This document shows positions 1 through 13,782 of a DNA stretch of 64,000 nucleotides, piece by piece. The stretch spans positions 115,320,001 through 115,384,000 of the forward strand of contig OX597823.1 in the NCBI GenBank assembly GCA_951406725.2, given 5' to 3'. Each line of letters opens with the position of its first letter. The first letter of the stretch is position 1. Both the position numbers and the translations under genes were made by a program. The notes beneath the pieces were generated by a model. That model was given only the letters and a program-made list of their open reading frames with translations. It was not told where the DNA came from and made no database searches. This DNA comes from Octopus vulgaris (Eukaryota).

Positions 1-1339
1 GTTGTACAACAATCTAAAAGTATTGGTGCTACAAAAAAAAGGGTCCTATCTGTCCATGCCAAACAAACTTTGGAGCACAACATGGTCCTTCAACTCATAG
101 GATCCCACCATACTGTTTATCCCATGCTATCACGAAGAACATACATTAAATGATAATGCCATTGTACAACTCTGATGGCACAGGTTAGACAACATTTTGC
201 TGGTCTCCTAGATGGGTTAGAGTATCACATCTTACTTGTGGGTGTCATTTTTGGTTTGGTTTCCATGGCTAGATGCCCTCTCCACCCCAACCCTTTTACA
301 AAGTGCACTAAATACATTTTATTATGACACATGAAGAAGAAGAGATTTAGAGAATGACAGATAGCAAGTGGTAAGAGGGAGTGATGGATGGCAGGGCCAA
401 ATGGCCATGGTGGCAGTATTGATAGTATGTATGAGGTAAATGCAGATATATGTATACATCAAGATGGTAAGAGAGCCACTGTGATAAGTGAAGGAGAGGT
501 GAAGTGTTGGAGAGAGAAGAATCAGTATAGCCCATGGCATCTCTTAGAAGCATTGTAGAGTGAACTGAAGAGAGCGTTACTATCCTTAGTCCCACTGGCC
601 ATTGCTCAGTGAAAATGTGAAGAGGAGAGAGTAATCAAGTAGCAAGCGATAGAAGTGTTAGAAGAACAAGGATATCAAGATCAAAGAGCATGACCAGACA
701 GGCTGTGAACATTCTATTTCCCACTGTACTATCAATTAATTTGGTCTTTGATCATCCACTGTCCATGTTGGCATGGGTTTGAGGAGTCTGACTCATTTCT
801 TTTTGGGAGCTGCTGCTCCCAAAGACTGTATGTAAATATTTTTGAGCTTGATTTCTGATTAGAGGCCCTTCCAATCACCAACCATTTTATAGAGAATGCT
901 GGGTATATTTTCCTGTAATACTAACACTAAAGAGGTTAGATAATCCATAGCAATATAAAATTAATTACAAAGACCTCAAAATTTAGGTTCTCTCTGATTA
1001 TTGCCAGCCACTTTATTGAGTGCATTTTTCATGGCATCAACTTTAGAGAAGTAGTCTTACTCACCAATCACCTGCAGAGATAACGCAACACGTATGAGGT
1101 TTCCTTTGTGGCACCAGCAGAGAGGGAGTGCCTTGTACACAGTAAATGGACAGAGTAATCACTAGCATGAAGTATGCAGATCACAAAGATGGGAATAAAT
1201 GCCAATAGCAAGGTCAGAAATAGGTGGCTGAGAATATAAAGTATCCAACAGTCTGAGGAGTGTTTCTTTGTCATGTTATTTGAATTAACAGAAAAATAGT
1301 TTATTGTGTTTTATAGTAATTTGTAATTATTCTTCCTCT

Positions 1340-2135
1340 ATAGATTCTATTTATTTTATTTGAAATTTGAATAAATTTTACCTCTTCTTAGACCTAGAAC
1401 AATCTAGTGTCTGGTAGGAGAAAAAAAAGTGAGCATTTTCAACACCTGCTTATTTTCAGTCAATTAAGGTTCCAATGCTGAGAAATATGCACTGTGTATG
1501 AAGATGATGCTTTTACTAATGGTTTTCATGTATAAAGGAGGGGATGTCTGACCTCACGAACTCTCTGCATTCCAGATAAATTGTTCAGTTAGATAAAGAT
1601 CAAATAAACAAGCTCATCCATGAGGATTTGTGCCAATCCACTCGGGAACTGGTTCAGCAGATGAGATCTTCTCATGAGACTGTCACCTATCACCTTCACT
1701 TGATGAAGCTGCAAAAACTTAGTGCATGGGTGCAATCCAGCTGAAGCTGCCTAACTAGTAACAGGGTCTGCTTCTTCAACACAACAACAACAGCCCCTAT
1801 GTCACTAATTTGATTAAAAATGCTATTTATGAGGTTATTTGGGAAGTTCTACAACACCTATCATATTCTTCTGATATAGTAGCTTCAGATTATCACCTTT
1901 TCCAGTCACTTTCCAATATCTGGGAGGCAGTGTTCAACATTGGCATGCAGCTGAAAATGTGGCTCAACGAATTGAGTCAGGACCGAGTGACTTCTACTGT
2001 CAGGTATTGGCAGCCTAGCAGAACATTGACAAGGAATCATAGACAATGAAGAATATATTACACCAATTCGTTAAAATTGTTAATGAAAAATAAATATTAA
2101 AATAACTGGAAAAAAAAATATCTAACAACCAGATA
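1340..2135 (+). mobile_element. Decayed mariner transposon
   Basis: Remnants EHFQHLL.F, NICTVY.DDA and WEVLQHLSYSSDIVASDYHLFQSL (mariner YSPDLAPSDYHLF motif); frameshifts and internal deletion. Confidence 0.8.
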
Positions 2136-4321
2136 GATAGATGTGTGTGTGATTTTGGAGGCTTTTACACTGACATTTTAATCTTATATGTAAAAGTTTA
2201 AGGGCTGCAGAGTACAGAGGTTTCAATCCGGTGGGAGCATTTTAGGCAATTAAACAGTAAATTTTCTTGCCTACAAGTAATTTGCAACATCTATTTAGAT
2301 CTGCTCATGGTTGTATCACTTTTGAAAATCTTTGTGATTTTACATAAGTGCATTTAGCCCAGACATAGCGGTATGGTTAAGAAGTTTGTGTCTTCTACTG
2401 TAGTCAAAAGCCAACCAAAGTTTCAAGTGAATTTGACTGATGGAGACGGCAAAGCGCATCATCTGTGTGTTTGTATGTATATTCTTGCTTTGACATCACA
2501 TGATTAATGGCAAGCATCATCATTGTACAAGCAGTACCATTCATTTCCCGTCTACCATGGAAACATGTCCAGACAATGAGAAATATTACCCTACTTGGAA
2601 ACAGATGAGGATTAGTGACAGGAAGGGAATTCAGTCATAGAAAATCTGCACAACTAAATTCACGTGACTCATGTAAGGATGGAAAAGTGGACATTACAGC
2701 AATGATGATGATTATTATATATGTATATAATATATATCATTGTCATCATTATTTAAAGTACATGTTTCATACTGGCATGAGTTAGACGATTTGACAAGGT
2801 CTGACAGTTTCAAAGACAGTACCATGCCCCAAAGACTACTTTAATACAGTTTCTACAGCTAAATGCTCATCTGAATGCCAAGAACTATGAGTTTGTTATG
2901 CAGCTCACAAGACTCAGATCCACTTTGACTGAGAGGGACTATAGTAGTAAGAGAAGTGGTTTTGTAGGAGGTGTTGAGGGGTTAAAGTGTGAGAGAAGGG
3001 GCCAAAGCAGGTTTCTTGCTGTAGAAGAACTACATGGCTACTCATTTATTGGAGAGAAAGAGTGGCCAGAGAGGAGGTGGAAAGAGATAAAAATAAAGGT
3101 GATAAAGTGTCAAGTTGAATGCTTGAGATAAAAGGAGAGAAGAAATGCAAACAGAAAGTGTGGGTTGGTAGAGATTGCAAGAATGTATGGGAGAGTGAGA
3201 GATGGTTAGAAATAGGGAATGAGTGAGAGGTTGAACATAATGAAGGAAAACAAGTTGAGGGGAGAAAAGTAGGTGACAATCATATAAATTGGGTAGGGTT
3301 GAGGAGTGTTGGGGGATAGGGGAAGGCAGAGTGCAAAAAAGTATGGAGTGAAAAGAAGCAAAACAGTAAAGATAATAATGATAGAGTAGACAAGGAGAGA
3401 TGACAGGTGGTTGGGTAGTTTGAAAGAGTGTGGAAAAATCGTAGTGAATGGGGTGGAGAGATAAGGGGGGGGGAAATAATTTAGTGGCTTTGAAGGGTGA
3501 TCAACGTAAAATGAGGGTGGAGAGAACAATATTAGGAATGAAAGATAGATATCAGGTAAATTGGTTCTATGGAGAAGATAGCTGGCATCAGGGATGAGCT
3601 GGTGAAGTATGCAGTTCTGTACACAATTACAGCAGCAGAATACTAGTTAGAGATGATGTGTGGCAGGGATGTTGCGAGGAGGAACTTGGACAAGGGGACC
3701 CAGCAATTCATACATCATGTTATCTGAATACGTTCTGCTGGGCTGAACGGGTTTTCTTGGGAAGTCAACCAGGTCCTTTGTCATCTACTCTATGAAGTTG
3801 AAGATCCTAAGAGCACTTAATCATTTGTCTTGTAGGGTCACCCTCTTTTACCATTTCCATCCACATTGCAGATCCAATGGAGCATGTTAACCTCATTCCT
3901 TTCCAGTCTTTTCAAGTTGTCTACATTCAAGGCCCATGCCTTGCTGCCATGCTATATTACAGTGCTAACATAAATGTCATAGAATCAGTTTTTCACATCA
4001 AGAGAGAAGACTTATGTTGCCAGCAGCAATGTAGATTGTATAAGTGTGTGTGTGTGTGTATATATATACATGCGTCTGTGTGTATGACTAATAACAGACT
4101 CTGCTCCTATTATCTGATGAGCAGGATATATCCTGCACACCCATGAAATTAAGTCATGTGGAGCTGAGTCAAAGTGATTTAAATATATGTAACTCCTACA
4201 AAATGTGTTGAATGCTACATTCTTTTGTTTGCTCACTCACTTGTGTATGTATGTGTGTATATTTATGTGTGTGTATGTATATATATAAATGTATATATTA
4301 TATACACATACAAACAGAATC

Positions 4322-4510
4322 TCTTTTACTCTCTTTTACTTGTTTCAGTCATTTGACTGCGATCATGCTGGAGCACCGCCTTTAGTCGAGCAAATCGACC
4401 CCAGGACTTATTCTATCGGTCTCTTTTGCCGAACCGCTAAGTTACGGGGAATGAACCCAGAACCATGTGGTTAGTAAGCAAGCTACTTACCACACAGCCA
4501 CTCCTGCGCC
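4322..4510 (-). mobile_element. SINE family A, internally deleted
   Basis: Head and tail are joined at ~4450. Confidence 0.85.
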
Positions 4511-6079
4511 TATATGGGTATGTATTTATAGGATAAATATCATTATCATTTTTTCCCCAATTTCCATGCTAGCATGGGTTGAACAGATCACAAGAGTCAA
4601 CAGCAACTATTCACCGATACTGCTCACTTAGATGGATTGTAGGAGCTCATTCCATTCATGATTGATATTTGATTCTTTTTCTTAGACTAGCTGTCCTTCT
4701 TAACCCCACCTATTTTACAAAATGTATTAGCTGCTCTTTTTTTCTCACACGACACCAGCAGTAAAGAGATGAATTGTCCTTGACAAGACTAAAGGTTCTT
4801 CACACCCCATGTGACTGGTCACAGATAGTTTGTTTAGAGAGTCAGAACCATGAGGAATAGAGGTATGAATGACAGCGATTAGCAGGATAGAAGGATGAGT
4901 GATAGGAGTATTCAGTATTCTGAGAACAAGACGACAGAGTGATGACAGACGGCTACATGACCGAGGAGAGCGAGGCAGACTGAGTGAAATGGGGTGATAA
5001 CCCGCAGTACAGAGTACAGGGCATAAGCTTTAAATAGGCCAGAGAAATCAAGTGACGAGCATCTTAGCAGGGGAACAGAAAGTGGGTGGATCGTGTATCA
5101 GAAAACAACACAAAGGATCTTGGTGAAAAACACAGAAAAGATGCAGTGATATCTTTACTTATAGTGAAAGCAATGCATGGTGAATAGATGTGATCCACTG
5201 CCATCCATAGTCCCAACAACAGAATAGTAGAGAGAGACTAGTACAAGGAGAATTACTAAATGATGAGCAAAGGGGCCGTGAGTATGAGAAGCAAGAGATG
5301 TAAAGCACAGGTAGTGAATGGGTGGATAGGTTAGTATTGAAGAAAGCATACCTGTGAGTGTGTACGTGTACAGATCTATGTTTGTTCCTTGTCTATGCCA
5401 CCATGATTAAATGTGCTATGATGTGTGTAGTGTACCCTGCTCTATGGCCCAAAGCAGTATCACCAATGAAGCAAAAACACAATCACACATACAAATGGAA
5501 TACACAAAGAGTATTGAAGCACATAAACACAGACTTGTGTACTGAAGTGACATGCACACCCATTACATGGTTGCAAGATTAGCTACACACACACACACGT
5601 AGACACTAACCGATTTCTATCACAAACTCCACATTACTTTAACCCTTTTTATAACTCACCTGAAATTGCGTCATTCTAAAACATATTCATATATATATAT
5701 ATATACCCCACATCCACATATGCGTGTGCCTGCATGCATTTATACGCAAACACATAATAGCATTATCTCATTTTCATTTCTTTTATGCAAATTTCCTAGG
5801 CCACACATCTGTGCTAATCTTTTTTATGTCTGCTGAACAAGGCCTAGTAATACAGAAACATCTGTCGCCAGCTGTCCTCCTTTCTCCAAACAAACTCTGT
5901 TTTCTTCGATGGCATCTTAAGTTTGGAAAATTCTTTATTCTTTAGATTCTATGCTGATTTTGTTTGGTGGCAGAACCAATTGCCATGCAGAGACTGGTTT
6001 AAATTTTCTGGCAGTGGGGATGATTTTAATAAATTGGTAGACAACTGGTATTTTATTTCACTTAGCAAATCTTTGTTTC

Positions 6080-6132
<53 letters not shown>

Positions 6133-6382
6133 TATATTGACACACATATTTACATTATCTAAATATACAAAAACATATATATACATTTACATACACTTAT
6201 ATATGAGACATATATATATATATATACACACACACTCTTGTACATTTACATGCATATGTATCCAAACACACATTTATATCTATGTATGTATTAATACATA
6301 TGTTGAAACAATTTCTCAAGCACAAAAATACATATATACACATATCTATATATAGACACAAATATATACACACAAACACATA

Positions 6383-6861
6383 CAGGGTGACTGAAAAATA
6401 ACTATCTTAAAATATTTATAAATTATTTATTAACTGTACTTTTTTGCTCAAATTTTTTATGTTTATTTTTTGAAGTATGAGAATTTGTAATCTTTAATGG
6501 CAAAATGCCCGCTTCCCCAGGAGATGGGTGTGTCGTGCTGGTCCGCATGAGTGGTCAATCAGGAGCCCCGACTTAATACCGTGACTTCTTTCTTTGAGGT
6601 TGTTTAAAGGTTGGTCTATTGTATCAAACCAAAGACTTTGGAAGAACTTGAAGAGCGAATACAAGAGTTCCTGATGACATCAGTTGACACAATTCCTGGG
6701 TGATTCAAGAAGATGGTGGTGACATCTGAAGCCCACATCGAATTTTAAATAAAATCTTTATACTAAAAGCGTCCCTCACATATAGATTTTTGTTTTTTGT
6801 AAAAATTACAATTAATAGATAATTTATAAGTATTTTAAAATAGAGTTACTTTTCAATCACA

Positions 6862-6864
<3 letters not shown>
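6383..6864 (+). mobile_element. Non-autonomous Tc1/mariner element with ~70-bp imperfect TIRs
   Basis: TA|CAGGGTGACTGAAAAATAACT... versus ...AGTTACTTTTCAATCACACTG; internal GPHEW..RSPDL.P.DFFL remnant. Confidence 0.8.
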
Positions 6865-6899
<35 letters not shown>

Positions 6900-7446
6900 G
6901 TAAATATATGGCATTACTAATTTTATATATATGAATATAGGTAGTGTGAAGTATAACCGAAAATCAAGCCAAGTAGGAGGGTTCCACACTCCATTCCAAC
7001 ATCCAGTTTAGTACAATGTGATTATTCATCAACCTCAGGATAGGCTAGTGTGTAGAATACAAGCCAAGTTATAGAATTAATAACAAGTATGGTATTCAAT
7101 GCTATATACAACATATACACATCCTGGCAAATAATCATGTTATTTTTTGGCCTCGAACCTCTATGGTCGGTTCTCATCAGTCTCCTACAACATTGTGTGG
7201 CTTGCAAGGTTAGGGGTGATTTGTATAATGGGAATATATTGAACTTTCAGCACAGGTGGGTGTAGTTATTGTGGAATACTGATGAAGTGAATTGCAAGAT
7301 TATATGTTTCTACAACTTTTATGTAATTACGACAGTAATTTGACAAAACACATGTATGAATTAAATACCATACCTGTTTTCTGTTATCAATTCTACAAAT
7401 ATGTGTGTGAGCATAAATATTTATATGCATCTATACACACACACAC

Positions 7447-7478
<32 letters not shown>

Positions 7479-8032
7479 AATGATACATAAGTACATGTGT
7501 GTGTGTGCATATTATGAACCAGGTGGGAACATGGTTCGATGAGGGTGGGGCTGTGTACAAGAATAGAAGATTATCCTTGTGCATAAGAGTGTTGAAGTAT
7601 AGAAGTAGAGGTTAGTCAGGGTATGAGGAGTTGGTTTCCCTGTTCAATCATTGAGGGTGTGTGAGGATAATGTGGATGTATGATGGCGGGAGCAGGTATG
7701 AGCATGAGGCTAAAGGGGAACCAACAAGAGTGCTAAGCACTTTCACATGGAAAGAAAAATGAAGGAGGGATAAAGATGAAAAGCTTTGCGAGAGAAGAAA
7801 ATTATTTATAAGTGACACAACACTCCTGTAAAAGGTCCTGGAAGAGTAAGATGGAGGGTTCAAACGAGGGTGAGAAACTAGTATAAAAATGTGTCCGTTT
7901 AGATGAGGCACATAGAGAGCCAAGAAGAATGTAGTGGGTGCGGTAAATGTATGTGCAAGTGGATGATTGTGAAACATTTCTACAGGGAAGAAAAAGAAGA
8001 AAAAGTATTAGTTCTGTGAAGAGAAGATGCAC

Positions 8033-8063
<31 letters not shown>

Positions 8064-9425
8064 TACATACATATATATGCATAAACATACAAATACACAT
8101 GTATATATAAACACACACATTTATAAATATTCATACACCTACAATGTATAAACGTATATACACACATGTGTATATGTATTACTATACATAGATATCTAAG
8201 TATACGTACAAGTATGTGTGTGTGTATATACAAATACACACACACACACACATCACAAATGTCTATGTACATACATATATTTATAAATACACACACACAC
8301 ACACTCTCTCCATGATCATCATTTTTTGCCCACTTTCCATTGCTGGATGGCCCAATAAGATTCAGTTAGCTGGAGGACCAACATCTTACTTTTTTGGCTT
8401 GGGGGTCAATGATTAGATGCCCAACCAAACATCAACCATTTCACAGAGTCAACTGGGCGCATTTTTTTCACACCATCAGCAAGAAGAGAGAGTCCTCCTC
8501 AGGACTACATTATCTGTTTGAATTGATTACCTATCACTGGACACACTGCATACCAACATTATCAGGATCGCTTAGCAGCTTTGAAAGAGCCCTTCTGATG
8601 GATGGAATAGACTTACTGTCAAAGGCTGGTAATGGAGTGAATAGCAGAAAGAACTAGTGTTCGAGTGACAGTTAAGACGAGAAGGGGGAGAGTAATGTGA
8701 AGGATTAGTGAGGAAAGGTACAAAGTGGTAACGATAATGGGGGAGATTGAGTAAATGTACCAAGTAATGGGGCAGATATATCCCCCATTTATGGATAGTT
8801 CCTCAGGGTCTATGAAGAATTCTTTTGAGAAGGGGTGATAGTGGGAAGACTAAAACTGTTAGGGAATGGGAAAAATAACAGGAAAAATGAAAAGTAGTGT
8901 CAGAAGGAAGTGAGAGAGAATTAGAGAGTAAAGAATGGTAGGTGGGTGATGAGCATGGTGAGATGCAGGGCTACCTTGTGTTGTACATAGGTGAGTAAAG
9001 TGATGAATGAAGGAAAGATAAAATGGAAGGCAGTAATAGAAGGGAAAATTAAAAGCAATGTTAGGGGATTAGTGAGAAAGTGATAAGGGCAGTGGAGATG
9101 GTTAAATATAGGAACAGTGTTACTCAAAGTTACATATTAGTGGGTAGAGAGGGGCATGAAGAGAGGGAGAAGCATATCTTCAACATAGCAACATCACCAA
9201 GAAAATGTGTTGGCAGGAGTCAAGAAAGCTGGGTACTGGTTGCCAGAATGCAGACGCTACCCATGCAAGCGTCAGGCTTTGGAAGGAAAGAGGAAGCAAG
9301 GGTGGATATATTGAAAATGAACAAATCTAGTAGGGAGGGTATACAACAATATGCAGGAGTGGTAGGGACTAAATACACATGCAGACACATAAATAGATAT
9401 ACATATATATAAATAGATATACATC

Positions 9426-9457
<32 letters not shown>

Positions 9458-9661
9458 TACACACATATAGATATACAAATACATATATACAGAGAAGTGA
9501 TATGCACAAATGCACACACACACACACATATATATATACACAAATGTGAACACACCTATGGACAGAGGTATGGCTGTGTGTTTAAGAAGTTTGCTTCTCG
9601 ACCTCATGGTTTCAGCTTCAACCCCACTGTTTTCTACACAGCCACACCAATACATGCATGC

Positions 9662-9692
<31 letters not shown>

Positions 9693-10071
9693 TCTATATA
9701 TAAACGGCAGTTTGTCTGTGTGTGTTTCTGTGTGTCTGTTTGGTTGTACCCTCACCCTGACCACGGCTTTCAACCGATTCTGATGAAACTTGACACACAC
9801 ATAGCCCAATGTCATAATTCAAAACTAACGCAGCGAAAATTTTGAAAAGTTCCCCCAGTTCTGAAAAAATCGATAAATTCGACATGGGGTCGAGAATCAG
9901 AAACCCAAACCACAGACCGTCATGGGGACGCAACTCCACCTTTTTTAACTCTCAAAAAAATTTACCATCATTTTTTCCCCATTTTTTTGCTATTTTTTGG
10001 CTATAACTCTCTAAAAATGCTTTATAGTTATTTCCCTTACAAACCTGAGCAACGCCGGGCGATACTGCTAG
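9693..10071 (+). mobile_element. Non-autonomous Helitron
   Basis: A|TCTATATATAAA 5' end, subterminal hairpin CCTGAGCAACGCCGGG, CTAG|T 3' end; AT insertion site without a TSD. Confidence 0.8.
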
Positions 10072-10154
10072 TATTTATATACATATACAGAAGTATACAC
10101 ATTTCTCTACACATATCTATATACATGTCTGTAACCAAATACATATATCTGATC

Positions 10155-10460
10155 TATTTGCAAACTGTGGCCATGCTGGGGTACCACTTTGGAGGGTTTT
10201 ACTTGAATGAATTGTCCCCAGTATTTATCTTTTAAGCCCCGATACTTATTTTATCACTTTCTTTTGCCAAACCACTAAGTTACAGGGATGTATACAAACC
10301 ATCACCAGTAGTCAAGTGGTGGGGGGCAATAAACACATACAAAAACAAACAGGCTACTTTCAGTGACTATCAACCAAATCAACATGCTCAAGTTAGCACA
10401 GTGGGACTGAACCTGGTACCATGTGGCTGGGAAGCAGATGTCTTACCACAGAGTCACATG
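10155..10460 (-). mobile_element. SINE family A, diverged
   Basis: TGGCCATGCTGGGG, ACCACTAAGTTACAGGGA and CAGTGGGACTGAACC blocks. Confidence 0.7.
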
Positions 10461-10769
10461 ACTATAGATACACAAACACATTTGTGCACATCCATGTATG
10501 CCCTGCCCCCGTCTGTACCTTGTCTTGCGTGATAGTCATAAACAGGCAGTACTGTCATACAAGTAGCTTCTCTTCTTTGCAGTCTTCCATGAAAACATGT
10601 CCAGCCATGGGGGAATATTACCTTGCTTGGAAACTGGTGAAAGTTGGCACAAAGAAAATGTACCTGAATGAATTTCATCTGACACATTTGTGCATGGAAA
10701 AGCTGACATTACAGCAATGATGATGTTACCATCTATACACATACACATATGCATGCGGATTGTACTGCA

Positions 10770-11480
10770 CAAGAAGGTGTAACCCTTTCATCAACTGACA
10801 TAGGGCACTGAATCTGTACTGTAACTGTTCTTCCAGTCGTTAGCAGGCCACATAAAGGATTCGAAGTAAAGGCCACATGCTGAAGGGGCACAGGCCATCT
10901 GACATTATCTACAGGTCCTTCATGGAGATGACACCTTTGACAAAAACAATGTGCACAGATGGATGAAGGCGTTTAAAGAAAGGGAAACCAACACTGAAGA
11001 AAATACTAAGCAACGGGAGAACAACTGTGACCCCTGATATGAATAGCCAGTGCATGGACAAAAGGATTCACATGGACAGTTGAGTGAGGGTTCATGAGTT
11101 TGCTATACAACAGGACTGGCTATTGTAAAATGTGTGTAAAATGGCTATTTTCACAGTTAGCAACCAATTTGAGGGCAAGGTCTGTTCAGATGTACTGGAA
11201 GCATTTGAAGCCGACAAATACATCTTTACCCCATCTCGATGGCAAGGAATAATATTTGACTATATCTTTATGATCTGGAAAGGAAGAGTCTGCTCATAAA
11301 ATTCATGCCACACTTCTTATCTGGGACATTAAGAGGTTCAAAAGCCAGTTATTACCAGAGAAAATCTATCTGCTTTTGTGGACTAACATTCTCTTTGATT
11401 TTCTGGAATTTGGAAACAACCAACAATGCTTGTAGGATGGTGATGCCCATCAATGACAATCCCATGATATCAAGGTAAAA
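10770..11480 (+). mobile_element. Decayed mariner-like transposase fragment
   Basis: LHGDDTFDKNNVHRWMKAFKE.ETNTEE matches the mariner HTH region; heavily disrupted. Confidence 0.6.
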
Positions 11481-12229
11481 GTCCATACACACACACACAC
11501 GATAGCCCTCTTTCACTTTCCCTCTGCCTCATCTTCTCACAAGGCTTTGGTTAACCTAGGGCTAAAGAAAATGAAACTTACTCAAGGAGTTATGGAATGG
11601 GACTAAATCATAGACAACATAACCATCCCTGTTTGTGTATTTATTGCTGTTCCTTTGACATAAGTGAGTAGTTAATAGCCACTGGTTTCATGTTAACAAG
11701 GAATTTAATATCTTGTTAAGCATTTTTGAAACTGAAAGCTCAGTCTTGTAATGAATGATTGACGGAAAATACCTAAAAAATTTTTAATTTAAATATATAC
11801 AGTCTTCAATTTGTGGTTAGATTATTGCAAAAATTGGCAGCACTACCTACTGAAACTGGTGGGTGTTTTTTTTTTTTTTTTTTTTTAAATCTGAGTAGCC
11901 ATTTATGCTAAAAATAAGCATTGCAGAATATAATACAGGAAGGGAATGAAATTTTCTTCAGCAGAATAGAGATTTCATAACATCATTTAAAATTAATGTA
12001 AACAAGAGTGATTCAATTTCTGTGGTTTCAAGAGGTAGAGGACAGAGAGATGCAGTGACGGGCAGATTCAAGTCATACAGAATGTTAAGAGCAAATCAAA
12101 ATGTTTGGTGGACCCAACTTCAATAATTACATCCCACTGGATGATTTACAGTATGCAATCTGACACCCCTACTGGCAGATATTTTATTTTTGTACCTTTA
12201 TATTGGTACTTTGTGGGAAAAGACTTCTA

Positions 12230-12390
12230 ATTTTTGACCTGGAATCCACCTACGTTTGAAGAATATTTAAGTTTAATTGGCCATGGAGATAAAGAAGAGC
12301 CAAAATGTCTTATTTCCAACAATGCTTGCTTAAAATGTTCACAAAATGCTTTTAATGCTGCCTTTGAAAGCAAAAACCTTAAGGTAAGGG
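12230..12390 (+). mobile_element. Possible decayed hAT (Buster/ZBED-like) BED-finger fragment
   Basis: EEYLSL..GDKEEPKCLI....FESK resembles YL..GF...GD...P.C..C...FETKH; weak similarity. Confidence 0.3.
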
Positions 12391-13093
12391 TTAGTGACAG
12401 CAAGGGCACATGGCTGAAAAATAATGTCTGAAAAACAGATTTATCTGGCACAAGCCAGCATGGAAAAGTAGATGTAAAAATGAACAAATGTATACATATG
12501 ACTGTACATAAGCACAAACATATATATAAATATATATATATACACACACACAGAGGGATAGAGAGAGAGTAGACATAAATATAGCATGTTATAATGTGTA
12601 TGAGAGAGAGAGGGAGAGAGACAGCTTGAAATCCTCAGTTTTAACATCCACATTTTTACGCTTGCATAAGTCAGAACTTGTTAAGGCAGATTTTCTATAT
12701 CCAGATGCTTACACACACAAACACACATACAATAGTTAGCTATATACAATAATATATACTCTGACAGAAAATGCATGTGTGTATGTATGTGTTTATACAC
12801 ATACACACACACTTGTCTGATTTGTAGCGTGTGGTACATTAGATACATTTTTTTTAATAACAAGCCACCTAAATAAAAACTATCCACCATGGTACTAGCT
12901 TAAATTATGATAGCTTGATATAGCAGCTAATCTATAACTATTGAACTCGAGCCTATCTTCTCAGGGGACAGTCAACAACCCATTAAGTGGTCTGTCAAGA
13001 GATTCCCTCCAGCTTTTTTACTGCACATCAATAGCATAGGAAAAGACGTGTACACATTTTTATTTAGCCCACATTGAGGCTTTGCTATAACAA

Positions 13094-13128
<35 letters not shown>

Positions 13129-13433
13129 CATATATATATATATTAGTAAATCCCAAAAAAACGAAGAACAAACACAAAAAACAACAACATGAGGACGTGG
13201 TATATGTAAAGTATTAGCAGACACTCAGGGAAGGAAAGAAAGATGGTTTAACATTTCGAGTAAAGATCTTGTTCAGAAACAGAGGAAAGTCCAATAGAAA
13301 AAGGAAGACAGAGGGAAAAAAAAAAAACAGGAAAAAAAAAATTGCCAACAATTCACATGTGGTTACATTTTGAAAATGTGTGTATATGTATGTATGTATA
13401 TACCTGTGTATGTAGGTATGTGTCTAGAATAAA

Positions 13434-13782
13434 GGTGCAGCCACAGCCGTGTGGTTAAGAAGTTTGCCTTGCAACATAGTTTCAGGTTCAGTCCTACTGT
13501 GTGGCACCTTGAATATCTTCAACTAAAGCCCTGGGTTAATCAATGCCTTATGAGTGAATATGGTAGATGGAAACTGTGTGGAAGCCCATCATTATACATA
13601 TATACAGATAGATAGATAGATATGTAACTGTGTTTGTATCCCTGCCAATATTTGACAATAGGTATAGGTTTGTACCTGTAATTTAATTGGCGAAAGAAAC
13701 TGATGGAGTCAATTTGTTCAATTGAAACCCTTCGAGGTGGTGCTCCAGCATGACTGCTGTCAAAGGATAAACAAGTAAAAGA
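13434..13782 (+). mobile_element. SINE family A, diverged
   Basis: Head GTGTGGTTAAGAAG..GGTTCAGTCC, tail GGTGCTCCAGCATG..AAACAAGTAAAAG. Confidence 0.8.

Noticed and set aside
12234-12390. Plus-strand exon-like ORF ending in AAG|GTAAGG
   Set aside because: No good acceptor and an in-frame stop just upstream; better explained as a decayed hAT fragment.
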